Source: Callorhinchus milii
Lineage: Eukaryota
NCBI RefSeq assembly: GCF_018977255.1
Contig: NW_024704743.1
Location: forward strand, 110,486,001-110,550,000
Reading direction: 5' to 3'
Length of the DNA stretch: 64,000 nucleotides
Position numbers and translations under genes: made by a program. Under the pieces are notes generated by a model. The model saw only the letters and a list, made by a program, of their open reading frames with translations, did not search any database and was not told where the DNA came from. This document shows positions 39,231 through 51,410 of this stretch, one piece after another. Numbering within the stretch: the stretch's first letter is position 1; every line of letters starts with the position of its first letter.

Positions 39231-39666
39231 TGAGATGAAAATTGCATGTGAAAGTCAACAGCTCTATTCCCTTATTTGAACAATACAAATCTTAATGACA
39301 AAATTGAGTTAGTTAAGCTCTTATATAACACTTGTATAAACTCTTCTAGAAATGTTGCTGCTGTGAATTATAATTTGTGTAACTTGTTCAAGTGCAGCAA
39401 CTGGTATTGTTTTCCTCTTCTACTGAGCTACACCTTCCGTGATTAATGCATAGTTCTTTTCAGTCATTCACATTGCTTGTATCTTCCTCTGTTATGCACA
39501 CGTTGTCCATGATCTATGATCGTCTTGCATAGTTTTAAAGAAAAAATACATTCTTAAATAATTTAATTTGCAGGCAGCTTACAAGCTATAATGGACCCAA
39601 CCTCTGGTGTTAGTCCGGCCAAATTTTTCTATGATATACTATTTAGTATTTTTTTTTCATTTTCAG

Positions 39667-39794
39667 ATATGCATAAAAAAAGAACCAATAAAATTGGAAG
39701 GACCCTCATCATACAGCTGCACCTATAAGAATTGTAATGCAAAAGAACCCTTACCAGTTATTTGCCCTTATTGTGAAAAGCACTTTTGTCTAGG
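39667..39794 (+). CDS. ZFAND1: ZFAND1 exon 4 (second AN1 finger)
   Basis: ICIKKEP...YSCTYKNCNAKEPLPVICPYCEKHFCL; donor GTGAGT. Confidence 0.94.
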
Positions 39795-39882
39795 GTGAGT
39801 ATCAGGATAATTGTGTAAGATGAATCTTGAAGACTGTGGTATTAGAGATTTATTATTGAGTGTGTTGGTGCTTTTGTTGTAG

Positions 39883-39974
39883 GCATCGACACCAGTCAGA
39901 CCATGACTGTGAAAAGCTGGAGGTGCCAAAGCCACGCCTGGCTGTCACGAAGCAACCAGTAAAAGAAACTGTGG
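39883..39974 (+). CDS. ZFAND1: ZFAND1 exon 5 (GC donor)
   Basis: HRHQSDHDCEKLEVPKPRLAVTKQPVKETV; donor G|GCAAGT supplies the phase needed by exon 6. Confidence 0.88.
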
Positions 39975-40231
39975 GCAAGTGCTGTATTCCTTTGCAAGAG
40001 CTGCAAAGTGTTCTTACATTTTATATTATCCTTTGTGACTAAGCTCATTATTGATTTATTTAATTCAATTTAGATCTGCCCAAACTGTTGCATACTTCAT
40101 AACAACTAAGAAAAGCCCAAGAAATGCTGCATTAGTCTAGCTGAATCTCTCTCTCTCTCTCTTTCTATGTGTGTGTATATATATATAGTATACATATATA
40201 TCTGTGCATGTTCACATTATGCTTTGTACAT

Positions 40232-40650
40232 TAATAATCCTTACATTTGGTATAGAGCCGTTCACGTCGATAGGATGTTCCAAAGCACTTCCCAGAGTAT
40301 ACTGTAAAGTATTGTGACTGTATTTTGTGGGCAAATGCAACAGCCAATTTGTGTAGAGCAGTGTCCCACAGACAGCTAGGAAGTGAATGACCAGTTTTAT
40401 TTGGGGGATTGTTGGCTTGAACACAGGGAAGAACTCCCTTCTTTCATTGAATATTGCCATGGGACCTTTAACATCCACATGAACAGGTAGACCAGGCCTC
40501 GATTTAACATCTCATCCGAAGGACGGCAATAATGCAGCACAGACCCAGCACTGCATTGGAGTGCCAGTTTATATGAGTTCCAAGTCCTGGCGTGGAGCTT
40601 GAACCCACAACCTTCTGACTCAGAGGCAAGAATGTTACCAACTGAGCCAC
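40232..40650 (-). mobile_element. Deu-domain SINE
   Basis: Same core; further decayed copies at about 4885-5170, 10720-11110, 20320-20690, 53755-54030 (+) and 62880-63075. Confidence 0.75.
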
Positions 40651-41173
40651 AATAACACAGACCAGCCTGTATACAAATGTGCAATTACTACATTTAACAG
40701 CAATTTCCTGTGAAACGCTTTGAAACATTTCCACTGTTTAGTTACTGTATCAAAGTAACTTTGAAGGAATGCTGCATTGCCTGACCAAAGAGTTGGGATG
40801 TGGATGTGATCCTGAACTATCTCTGTCAACTATCTCTGTGTAGTCAGTGAGATGGGCACCCTTTGCAGAATTACATCCCAAATCTCCTAGTTAAGATCTG
40901 AGGCTTTGCTCAAAAAAAATACAATTCCCCTTATTGTACAGTGTACTGAAACTGATGCATTGAGCTGTTTATTTGGTTATGTTTGCTGCAGTATTTTATT
41001 AATTTATACAATAAGGGTCAGATGTACTTGTTCTCTGGATATAGGTAATAGAAAATTGTTTTGTCTGTGCTAAGGTGGCAGGTAAATTGTTAATTCAGCT
41101 TTAGCTGTATTGTATTTTGTTGAATAAACAGAATACAATGTTGAATATTCCATGAACAGAACTGTTTTGGCAG

Positions 41174-41295
41174 AATCTAGGAAAGCAGTCCCAGTGAAGA
41201 AAGGAAGAGGAGGAGCAAAGAACAGTGAAACTGCTGCAAAAGTGGCACTAATGAAGCTGAAGCTGCATGCCGTTGGAGAAAAGTCCATTCCACAG
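41174..41295 (+). CDS. ZFAND1: ZFAND1 exon 6
   Basis: ESRKAVPVKKGRGGAKNSETAAKVALMKLKLHAVGEKSIPQ. Confidence 0.93.
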
Positions 41296-41418
41296 GTTAA
41301 TAACAATTTATTTTAAAATGAAGTTTCATTCAAGGCATATTGGTGCGACAAAACACACCAATATGTTTCCCAGATTCAAGCATATTGCATCTAAATCTCT
41401 TAATATAAATTAAGGTTA

Positions 41419-42940
41419 ACAACAACAACAAAATTGCATTTGTAAAGCGCCTTTCACATCGGGAGAACGTCCCAAGGCACTAGACAGACAGAGTTATGGA
41501 CCCAAGCTGAGGGTCGTGGTGGGAGAGGGGAAGGCCCGCCCGCTGATAGTGGGGCAAGCAAGGCGGGGGACATGAAGCAGGCGGAGCCCGCTGAGCGGAG
41601 GGAGCGAACAGGGTGTTAGTGGGTTAGGAGATTGGAGAGGTAGGGGGGAGCAGGACCGTGGAGGGCTTTGAAAGTGAGGACAAGGATCTTGAACTGTATC
41701 CTCTGTGTGATGGGAAGCCAGTGGAGTTGGGCGAGGATGAGGGTGATAGGGTCGTGGAGCCTAGTGCGGGAGAGGACATGGGCTGCAGAGTTCTGAATGA
41801 TCTGCAGCCTATGGAGGGAGGAGTTGGGGGGGACCACCAAGCAGTGAGTTTACATAGTCGAGCCTCGATGTAATGAAGGAGCGTATGAGGGTTTCATCGC
41901 CCTGCGGTGTGAGACAGTGGTGGAGCCGGGCGACGTTGCGGAGGTGGGGGAAGGCAGAGCGGGTCATGGCGCAGATGTGAGTCAGAAAGTATAATTGAGG
42001 GTCAAACAAGACTCCAAGGTTCTGGACTGGCTCAGTGAGGTGGAGTGTACAACCATGGATGGTGATGCTGTTAGAGCCTGAGGTGTGGAGGCGCTGACGG
42101 GAGCCAATCAGGAGGGCCTCGGTCTTGTTGACGTTCAACAAAAGAAAGTTACCTCTCATCCAGGGCTTGATGTCTGACAGACATTCTGTCAGCACAGCAG
42201 TAGTCCTGGAGTCGAGGGTGGAGGCAGAGAGGTAGAGTTGGGTGTCATTTGCATATATGTAGAAGTCGATCCCATGTATGCGGATGATGTCACCAAGATG
42301 GAGCATATAGATATTGAAGAGGAGGGGACCAAGGACAGAGGCCTGAGGAACGCCGCACAAGACAGTCCAGGAACTAGAGGAAAAGCTGTTTGAGGAGAAT
42401 AAGTGCAAGCAGTGTGAGAGATTTGATCTGAACCAATCAAGGATAGCGCCGTGGAGGTTGAGGTGAGAGGAGAGGCGGTAAATGAGGATAGAGTGGTCGA
42501 CGGTGTTGAAAGCAGCAGACATGTCAAGGATGCCGAGGAGGCAGAGGGAACCCTGGTTGCAGATGGACAGAATGTCATTTGTTATTTTGACCAAAGCTGT
42601 TTCTGTGCTGTGGGCGGCACCGGAACCCGATTGGAGGAGTTCGAGAAGGGAGTGGTGGGAGAGGAAGGAGTGAAGCTGAGAAGCAACAACGCGTCCAGGA
42701 CTTTGCAGAGGAAAGGGAGGTTGGAGATGGCGCAGTGGTTAGGGAGTAGAGAAGGGTCCAGGAAGTGTTTTTGTTAAGGATATGAGTGATGACGGCGGTT
42801 TTTAATGGGGTGGGAACAGTACCAGAGGACAGGGAGAGGTTAACGATGTCAGTGAGTAGAGGGGCAAGTAGGTGGAGCTGGGAGGTAAGAAGTGGGATAG
42901 GGATGGGGTCGAGGGAGCAGGTGGTGAGTTTCATACGGGA
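41419..42940 (-). mobile_element. 5'-truncated L2-clade LINE in ZFAND1 intron 6
   Basis: LDMSAAFNTVDH, GVPQASVLGPLLFNIYM, YANDTQLY; (CAA)n tail at 41419. Confidence 0.92.
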
Positions 42941-43592
42941 TTAAGAATTCTGTATTATTAAGTTTCACTCCACGTGGTGCTCATTACACGTGGTGTTAGC
43001 ATTACAAGCCTGAGCTAACACCTCCAAGCAGTTCAAGTCAGAGCGTAGCTGTAAAAGCAGCCAATTGTACAGTTGACATTATCAACGCGTGAAGCAAACA
43101 GTGGCAACTGCATTTTTTTTCATAAGTACCCCATGTTTGAATTTAAGGCCTGCCTGATACTTTGATTCACTTGTCTGCAAGTTTTCATCGTGCTCACCTC
43201 ACTCTTCTGTAAGAGTTGCATGGCTTAAGAGGGAGGCATGTTTGAGGAGCAAAAATGAGGAACACTAAGTTTGAGCAATGCTTGTTATCAGATCCAAATG
43301 ATGGATTAGATTCTCAGGTAAGAAATGTTGTGATATTTTACCTACTAAAATCTTTTAGGTTTTACCTACTTAAATCTTTTAGGAAACAAAGCAATATTTT
43401 AATGGAAGAGATTTATCCAAAGATGTTATGGCTTCATGGTACTAAATCAGCACAAAGCAAGGAAGTTACATATTCCGTATCATATATTTTAAGAAACCAC
43501 TCTTTGGAAGCCTGCAGAGAATGCCTTTTGGATTTCTGACTTTTTGTTTCACACAAAGCAGATCATCATTGAAATTAAATTGTTTCTTGTAG

Positions 43593-43748
43593 AATGAACG
43601 AGTGTATTTTCAAGTTTTTTTGCCAAGAGGAAGCAACGAGAAAAGCAGAGCAGTGTTCTTCTGTTCCAAATGGAATATTGGAAAAGTGGTGGATTCTGCT
43701 GCAGCACTAATGAACGTTAGAAATGACAACAATATTTCCACAGCTAAG
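43593..43748 (+). CDS. ZFAND1: ZFAND1 exon 7 (ubiquitin-like domain)
   Basis: NERVYFQVFLPRGSNEKSRAVFFCSKWNIGKVVDSAAALMNVRNDNNISTAK. Confidence 0.94.
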
Positions 43749-44582
43749 GTAACAACGGTTGACACAATATAAAACTTTTACACATACATTCTATACATGG
43801 TAATAATCCCTCAAGAAAAAAAAACAATTTATATTGGTTGCTTCAATCCATGACTGTTTGTGGAACACTGCTATGCGCAATTGGCATTGTGGGCATTTCG
43901 CCCACAAATATACAGTTAATTCTTTGAAGCGCTTTGAGTCGTCTAGAAGACATGAAAAGTGCTATATCAAATGCAAGGATTATTATTATTATAGACAGCT
44001 TAGTTTTATTGATGTTTCATCTGCAGCTTCTATTAGTTATTTAAGCAGGACCTGATGGGTTAGCTTGTTTAGAGGTACTGCAAATATTTGCCCACAGACT
44101 CGATTTTATATTATTTAGGTAGTAAAAGTAAGAATAAATGATGGTAAAATGTGTTGGACGACAAATAATGTATAATGGTAGGATGCTGGTTCAGTTTTCC
44201 AGTCTCCAACAAATTCTAATTTCCATTTGGCTACTGAAAGTTGGTGTTTAGCAGAGAAGAGTGAAAAGAATGCCATAAGCATCTTCACTGGACTGCTCAT
44301 GTTTCTTTACAGTGAGTCCCAATAAGAATTGCATTTGATAAGTGGCCTAGGAGCAAGCTGTTCACTGCACCCTTTAAAAAAGACTATGTATAGGCTTAGG
44401 GCTTGGACTGTTTCATAAGGAGCGGGAACCAGTGATTAAAAAGGATAGTATAACCTTGAAAAAGCAGGATAAATTTTGGTTGGCTAAAACGCAGATTGTG
44501 ACAGTGCTTGTTCAACAATGACAACAAAATCGTACTTTTTTTGTTCATTATTGTCCAACGAGATTTGGGGTATTTCTTCCAG

Positions 44583-44753
44583 AAACTAAGACTGTATCAC
44601 AGCGAATCAGGAAGCCTATTGCCCATGGACAACACTTTGGAATCGTATCTAAAGAATACTGACAGCGCCCTGTACAATGGAGGAAATATTATTCTTGAAT
44701 ATATGGACAATAATAACACAGTATTAGAAAACACCAACTCGTATATGGAATGA
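44583..44753 (+). CDS. ZFAND1: ZFAND1 last exon
   Basis: KLRLYHSESGSLLPMDNTLESYL...LYNGGNIILEY...SYME-TGA; joined CDS 807 nt = 268 aa. Confidence 0.94.
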   Translation, partial: KLRLYHSESGSLLPMDNTLESYLKNTDSALYNGGNIILEYMDNNNTVLENTNSYME

Positions 44754-45829
44754 CAATTGGTGTATTGTATAATCTGTTCAGAAATGTTTGTATAAATAGA
44801 ATCCCTTTTGTACTACCAATTGTTTTGTGTCTTTTTACTGGAACTTAATTTGGGAACCCTAAAGGTATGTTCAAGAATACTTGTCTCAAGGGTAATTGTT
44901 TAGCTGAAGATGAACTAGTCACATTTCAACAACAACAACTTGCACTTCTATAGTACTCACCATGCAGGATAGTGTCTCAGAGCGCTTTTCACATGAATAA
45001 AATTGATTCAACCAACATTTCTGTGCTAACACTCAAGGTTACTCTTATGACTCCATGCCAGATCACACAGTGTTTTTTCAACTATGTGGGGCCAAACTGG
45101 CTCCAAGATGATGTGCTTGGCAACATAATGTTGGAATCGAGTCAGTCATCTGTGGCAGTCCTAGTAGTCCAGTTCCTGAGCCAGATGGGTCTGCAGTTGT
45201 CCATGGCATTGCTTATGTCAGACCAACCAGCGCAGCTCATTGGTAGGATTTTGAGGGGCATACGTGTCACTGGGGGCACTCACACTCAGCTCATGTTAAT
45301 CCTTCAAGCCAAAGCTTTAACGGGTAGGGTGGTCCTAGCTGGACAAGTGGCGGAAAGCTTTCCATATTGTGCTTCCACTGGCAAGCTTTGCTTTCTTACC
45401 TGATTGAACTCCAGCAGTACCCTATCATATACTCTGGGGTCCCCAAGCCTTGGCTCATGCCAACTGCACCTAATTAGGTATGTAGGGTATGTCCCTCCAG
45501 GGAGAGAGAGTATATTTCATTCCATACATGGGAATTTCCATGTTCGGAATGGAAACATTTGGTTGAACGATTAATTTTTTTAGAGAGATTATTACCCCCA
45601 GAAAGCGATTCACTAATTGACTTAACAACTGGGTTCCTACTTACTGCTAAACAAACAGTGGCGTGTGGAGTAAGGTAACTTGCCTAATGTAAATGTATTA
45701 AAATGTAACATGCATAAAAGAAAGTGTAAATTATGCAAATTGTACCTCCAATCTCTTCCAACACCCCCCACCCTCCAACTCAAGAGGAATGTTGTTTCAG
45801 CCCTGAGAACCCTTTGGTGGTTTTGTATT

Positions 45830-46100
45830 GTAATAATAATAATAATAATAATCCTTGCATTTGATATAGCGCTTTTCACGTCGGGAGGACGTCCCAAAGC
45901 GCTTCACAGAACACACTGTAAAGTGAATTGACTGTATATTTGTGGGCGAACGCGGCAGCCAATTGCGCACAGCAATGTCCCACAAACAGTCGTAGATTGA
46001 AAATGACCAATTTATTATTGTTTTTGGTTTTGGAGGGATTATTATTAGGCGTGTGGAGTAAGGAAACTTGCCCAAGGTTTCGCCCTGCCTGGAATCCCAG
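45830..46100 (-). mobile_element. tRNA-SINE copy, 5'-truncated
   Basis: Matches 59889-60150. Confidence 0.88.
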
Positions 46101-46891
46101 TTAACATAGTCAGGTTTTGATTGTATTTGTTTTGTTCTGGTGCACTGCAACAGATTCTGTTAATGTTCTCCAGAGAGGAGTCTCTGGTAACCTTGGTTTA
46201 CCGTCACGTTACTGTTTTACTTACAGCACCAATTCCGTGTAAAAATCAACTCAGATCAGAAATTATTGTCTGGTTGGCTGTTTGGTTGGTTGGTTGTTTT
46301 TTTTTGTGGAGGGTGTGTGAAACACTCAAAATGTAACCCAGCCTGCTGAAGAGGAATTTGAGTTTGTTTCAGTGCCTGAGGGGCGTTGTGTTTGATTTAC
46401 TGTGCCACAGGATAAGGAAGTCGATACACGAAAGAGTCAGATCTAAACCGAAATGAGTTTGCAGGCAAGTTCTGAACATTTTTTGAGTCGCCAATAAGGA
46501 AATAACAAGCATTTTAAGCGATCCATCAACCGACAATTGTCACTCTCTACAGCCAGAATGGATTTGTTATTTAATTGCCAAAGGAAGCCCCTGGATTAAT
46601 AGATAACCTTGTAAAGTTCAGCTCCATTTGGAAGTTTTCCTCTCTCTCTCTCTCTCTCTGTGTGTTGTCTGTGGATGAATTAATCGGATCCGGCTTTCGA
46701 GACACACATCAGGAAGTGCTGAGACTCAACAGGTTGTCCTGACAGTAAAACCTAACCCAATTCGGTGCGTAGAACAGGAATAAAGCAGAGAGTTCAGGAA
46801 GTTTGAGGCTGCTACAGCTCAGAAAGTGTGGAAGCAGAGATTGTGAAGGAGTGAGTGTGTGGTGTATTGGCCATATGGTGAGCAGCACAGA

Positions 46892-48193
46892 ATGAGGCAC
46901 ATCCCCCATGTGGTTTGGGTCTTGTCACTGACAGTGATGCTCTCCGACAGATTCTCCATGACATTTCTGAGCGTGGATTTTAACAAGGACCTTACATTAG
47001 TGAAGAAGGCAGAAGTTGGATCTCGCGTTCCCTCCGCATCCGGGAAGAGCTATTCCAGAGGGAAGAGGAGGCTTTCCGTCATCTCTGGCAACCCCGAGAT
47101 TGTGGAGGTGATAACAAATGTCACAATAGGGTCAGGTCGGGTCCCTCTCACTCTTTCTGTTCAGGCTGGAGAGGTAGGAGAGAGCAAGAACAGCCTGGAC
47201 ATTCAGCTCTGGGAGTCACTGGGCAACAGACTGACCAGACTGGTTGACCTTAAAGGTGATGTCCAGGTTCAAAAGCTTCCAGATGAGCGACAACCATCAC
47301 CACTTCTCACCGCTGACCCTCTGATGTACTTGCTTCTCCTGTTGGTTTTGTTGAATAAATGTGCTTTCGGGTGCAAGATCGATTTGGAAATCTTAGGCAA
47401 CCTCTGGAAGCAGCCCCGACCTGTTATCATTGGAGTTGCTGTGCAGTTCGTGTGGATGCCATTCTATGGTTTTCTTCTGACCAGACTGGTTCAGTTGAAT
47501 CAAGTCTTGTCTCTGGGCTTTATTATGGCTTGCTCTTGCCCTAGTGGAGGCGGGGGCTATCTCTACGCTTTATTTCTCGATGCAGATGTGACCTTGGCTA
47601 TTTCCATGACCTTCATATCTACAGTTCTGGCTGTCGTTCTGATGCCGGTGTCTTTTTCAATATACAGTTTCATGCTCGGTGCATCAAACAATCTACATAT
47701 CCCATATTTGATAATTGGATCTACCCTCCTTTCTATTGCGTTGCCTATATCTTTTGGAATATTCTTAAAACAGAGAATGCCCAATGTCGCCAAGACTGTT
47801 GAAAGAATAATACGACCATTCAGTGTAATTATCATCACAGGAGGCTTTTATCTTGGATTCAAAATGGGATTGACTTTCTTACAGAATGCTGACCTCAAGC
47901 TATGTTTACTTGGATTGTTAGTGCCACCATTTGGCCTCTCTATTGGATACTTATTTGCTGGTGTATTCAAGCTCGCGTTTCCAGTGCGTAAAACTGTAGC
48001 AATAGAAAGTGGAGTGCAGAATACCTTATTGGCGCTGGCAATACTCCAATTTTCTTTTTCTCAACCGGAAGCTAATTTAAGCTCCGCAGCTCCCTTTGTT
48101 GTAGCTATCAGTGCAGCCTGTGAGATGATATTGCTATCCTTGGTTTACACCTGCAGGAAAAGATATTATAACAATGAATGGTTGCCTCTATGA
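46892..48193 (+). CDS. SLC10A5: Sodium/bile acid cotransporter family member 5, single coding exon, 433 aa
   Basis: Intact ORF from the first ATG (MRHIPH); SBF motifs LLNKCAFGCKID, QFVWMPFYGF, CPSGGGGY, AIESGVQN; lies between ZFAND1 and IMPA1. Confidence 0.92.
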   Translation: MRHIPHVVWVLSLTVMLSDRFSMTFLSVDFNKDLTLVKKAEVGSRVPSASGKSYSRGKRRLSVISGNPEIVEVITNVTIGSGRVPLTLSVQAGEVGESKNSLDIQLWESLGNRLTRLVDLKGDVQVQKLPDERQPSPLLTADPLMYLLLLLVLLNKCAFGCKIDLEILGNLWKQPRPVIIGVAVQFVWMPFYGFLLTRLVQLNQVLSLGFIMACSCPSGGGGYLYALFLDADVTLAISMTFISTVLAVVLMPVSFSIYSFMLGASNNLHIPYLIIGSTLLSIALPISFGIFLKQRMPNVAKTVERIIRPFSVIIITGGFYLGFKMGLTFLQNADLKLCLLGLLVPPFGLSIGYLFAGVFKLAFPVRKTVAIESGVQNTLLALAILQFSFSQPEANLSSAAPFVVAISAACEMILLSLVYTCRKRYYNNEWLPL

Positions 48194-48799
48194 TATCTCT
48201 TTCCAAAAGGACTAAATGCTCATTGAGTGTTTTATTCTCATACAGTCAGTATCCGTAATTATTAGAAACGACCCTCTTCAGATATCAGTTTATTCAAATG
48301 ATGTAAATTTTATGCTTATCATGTATAAATGCAAGTTGTGCCTGTTGTTATCACGGTGGGAGATGGTTGTAATGTTTTCAGTTTAATCCATCAAACAACT
48401 CACAAAATTCAGATTATAATCTGATTACAATGTTTTGATTAATTGGTCATAAAATAGCACCGATACAAGTCTCTTGAAAGGATTAAGTGCCATTAATATA
48501 GGAATAAGTTAAATGGTTGATTTTTTTCCAATAAAAAAGTATTTTTTCCAAGGAGTTCATTGCTACATTATTCATTGATATTGCAGAACATGACAATATG
48601 ACTAATATTTCTTCTAACTCTATAATAATAATCCTTGCATTTATATAGTGCCGTATCATGTCTTTGAGACGTCTCAAAAGTGCTTCACAGAATATATTAT
48701 AAAGTAAATTGACTATATTTTGTGGGCGAACGGCGACAGCCAATTGCGCACAGCAGTGTCCCACAAACAGTCGTGGATTGAGTGACCAATTTATTTATT

Positions 48800-49650
48800 T
48801 CGAGGGGAAAGGAGAGGAGGGGAGGGGAGGAGGGAGAGGGGGAGAGTGGAGGGGGAGGGGAGGAGGGAGAGGGGGGAGAGTGGAGGGGAGGGGAGGAGGG
48901 AGAGGGGGGAGAGTGGAGGGGGAAGGGAGGAGGGAGAGGGGGAGAGGAAGGGAGGGGGAAAGGGTGGAAGGGGAGGGGGGAGAGGAGGGAAGGGAGGGAG
49001 ATGAGAGGGGAGGAGGGGGAGGGGGGAGAGGAGGAGGGAGGGGGGGAGGGGGGGGGGGGGAGGAGGAGGGGGAGGGGAGAGGAAGGGAGGGGGATGGGGA
49101 GAGGAGGGGGGAGGAGGGAAAGGAAGGCGAGGGAGGAGGGGTGAGGAGGAGAGGAAGGGAGGAGGGGGGGTAGGAGGTGGGAGGGGAGGAGGGGTGAGGG
49201 GGGAGGGGAGGGGCGGGGGGGGGCAGTGACTGGCGGGTGAGGGGAGGGGGGAGGGGGGAGGGAGGGGGAGGGGAGGGGTGAGGGGTGAGGGGGGAGGGAG
49301 GGTAGGAGGTGGGAGGGGGAGGGGGGTGAGGGGGGAGGGGAGAGGAGGGGGGGGGGAGTGGGGAGGGAGGGGGGGAGGGGGAGGGGAGGAGGGGTGAGGT
49401 GAGGGGGAGGGGGGGGGTGAGGGGGGAGGGGAGGGGGGGGGGGGCAGTGACTGGCGGGTGAGGAGGGGGAGGGGGGGTGGGGGGGTCAGTGATGGCGGGG
49501 GAGGGGTGAGGGGGGGGGGGGAGGGGGGGGAGGGGGGGGGGGGGGGGGGAGGGGGGAGGGGGGGGGCAGTGACTGGCGGGTGGGAGGGGGGGGGAGGGGT
49601 GAGGGGGGAGGGGAGGAGGGGGTGAGGTGAGGGGGGGGGGGAGGGGGGAG
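48800..49650. repeat. G/A-rich polypurine low-complexity tract
   Basis: Dense GGG runs, recurring GGCAGTGACTGGCGGGTG. Confidence 0.95.
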
Positions 49651-49654
49651 TGGC

Positions 49655-49785
49655 TCTCAGGGACCGTCATCTCCTGCGGTTTCTGGAAGGAAACGACAAA
49701 GGAGCGAATTAGAGACGGTCCCCGCGCTGTGCGCATGTGCGGTGCGGTGCGTCACTACAGGTCACGGAAGTGGGTGAAGCTGAGT
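49655..49785 (+). promoter_or_regulatory. Probable IMPA1 promoter / non-coding first exon
   Basis: Short CpG-rich island with NRF1-like TGCGCATGTGC and ETS CGGAAGTG about 1 kb upstream of the first coding exon, which has its own acceptor. Confidence 0.6.
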
Positions 49786-50250
49786 CCACAGAGAGGAGAG
49801 AGATTCCCAACACAGAGAGGAGAGAGATTCCCAACACAGAGAGGAGAGAGATTCCCAACACAGAGAGGAGAGAGATTCCCAACACAGGGAGGAGAGAGAT
49901 TCCCAGGACAGAGGGTGAGAGATTCCCAACACAGGGAGGAGAGAGATTCCCAACACAGGGAGGAGAGAGATTCCCAGGACAGAGGGTGAGAGATTCCCAC
50001 AGAGGGTGGGATATTCCCAGGACAGAGGGTGGGATATTCCCAGGACAGAGGGTGAGAGATTCCCAGGACAGAGGGTGGGATATTCCCAGGACAGAGGGTG
50101 AGAGATTCCCAGGACAGAGGGTGGGATATTCCCAGGACAGAGGGTGGGATATTTCCAGGACAGAGGGTGGGATATTCCCAGGACAGAGGGTGGGATATTC
50201 CCAGGACAGAGGGTGGGATATTCCCAGGACAGGGAGGAGAGATTCCTGGG
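49786..50250. repeat. 23-24 bp minisatellite (CAGAGAGGAGAGAGATTCCCAACA shifting to CAGAGGGTGGGATATTCCCAGGA)
   Basis: About 19 tandem units. Confidence 0.93.
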
Positions 50251-50334
50251 GTGGGGGATATATCTGGGGGGTGGGGGTGGGGGGGAGAGAGAGATTACTG
50301 GGGTCAGGTATTCCCAGGACAGGGGCACCACACA

Positions 50335-50768
50335 GTTCTTTTTAAAGCCCTTCACGGTCTTGCTCTCCCCCCCAACCCCCCCCCCCTCCACTCCCCCCAA
50401 CCTCTGCAACCTCCTAACCCCCTACCAACCCGCTCGCTCCCTCTGCTCAGTGGGCTCCGGTCTGCTTCCGGTCCCCCGCCTCACTCGCCCCACCATTGGC
50501 GGGTGGGCCTTCCGACACTCTGGCCCCACCCTCTGGAACTCCATCCCGCAGCCCCTCCGCCTCACCCCTTCTCTTTGCCTCCGACAAGACCCATCTCAAG
50601 ACCCTCCCCTCTGATCGCGCTTTCGACCTCACTGCTTCCCCCGCCGCTGCCCTCCATCCTTCCCGAACCTGACCCCCAGCTCTGGTCCAAAACTCTGTCC
50701 GGCGCCTTGGGACTTCCTCCCGCCGTGAAAGGTGCTTTACAAATGTAATTTTGTTGTTGTTGTTGTAG
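50335..50768 (+). mobile_element. L2 3' fragment abutting the acceptor of the IMPA1 first coding exon
   Basis: PRLTRPTIGGWAFRHSGPTLWNSIP; (TTG)n tail. Confidence 0.85.
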
Positions 50769-50798
50769 TATTTTTAGACGAGTGCTCACGTTTGGAAG

Positions 50799-50879
50799 AT
50801 GACAGATGTTAAATGTGGAGATGATCCATGGCAAGAGTGTCTGGAGGCCGGAGTAGCTGTTGCTCGGCAGGCTGGCGAG
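50799..50879 (+). CDS. IMPA1: Inositol monophosphatase 1, first coding exon
   Basis: [27 protein letters not shown]; acceptor AG ends 50777, donor GTGAGG. Confidence 0.92.
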
Positions 50880-50969
50880 GTGAGGAAAATTCGTAAAGAG
50901 ATTTGTTTTTCAATCTGTAACTTGTAGTTTTTCTTCGTTCAACTGGGGGCAGGGATTCTTTCACCTCTG

Positions 50970-51380
50970 TAGTAATAATAATTAATAATAATCCTTGCAT
51001 TTGATATAGTGCCTTATGTAATTGAGACGTCTCAAAGCGCTTCACAGGATATACTGTAAAGTGAATTGACTGTATATTTAGTGGGCAAAATGTGGCAGTC
51101 AATTGCACACGGCAGTGTCCCACAAACAAACTCCAACACTGTTAAGTGCTATGAGAAGCTACCCCCTTCAAGTGATGGAGCTGGAAGGACATTATAATAA
51201 TAATAATAAATTGGTCACTATAATCCACGTCTGTTTGTGGGACACTGCTGTGCAAAATTGGCTGCCGCGTTTCTCCCACAAAATATTCAGTCAATTCACT
51301 TTATAGTATATTCTGTGAAGCACTTTGAGACATCTAGAAGATGTGATAAGGCGCTATATCAAATGCAAGGATTATTATTA
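50970..51380. mobile_element. Head-to-head pair of SINE 3' halves in an IMPA1 intron
   Basis: About 50985-51128 (-) and 51225-51380 (+) are reverse complements. Confidence 0.85.
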
Positions 51381-51410
51381 TATAAATGCAAGTTGTTGTT
51401 GATCCTGCAG

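Noticed and set aside
46859..46891. GTG start for SLC10A5 given by the ORF track
   Set aside because: Eukaryotic gene; first in-frame ATG at 46892 is followed by a hydrophobic signal-like segment
48709..49736. Gly/Glu/Arg-rich and Pro-rich ORFs
   Set aside because: Low-complexity polypurine tract
49786..50250. Regularly spaced repeats resembling a CRISPR array
   Set aside because: No unique spacers, eukaryotic context, no cas genes; it is a minisatellite
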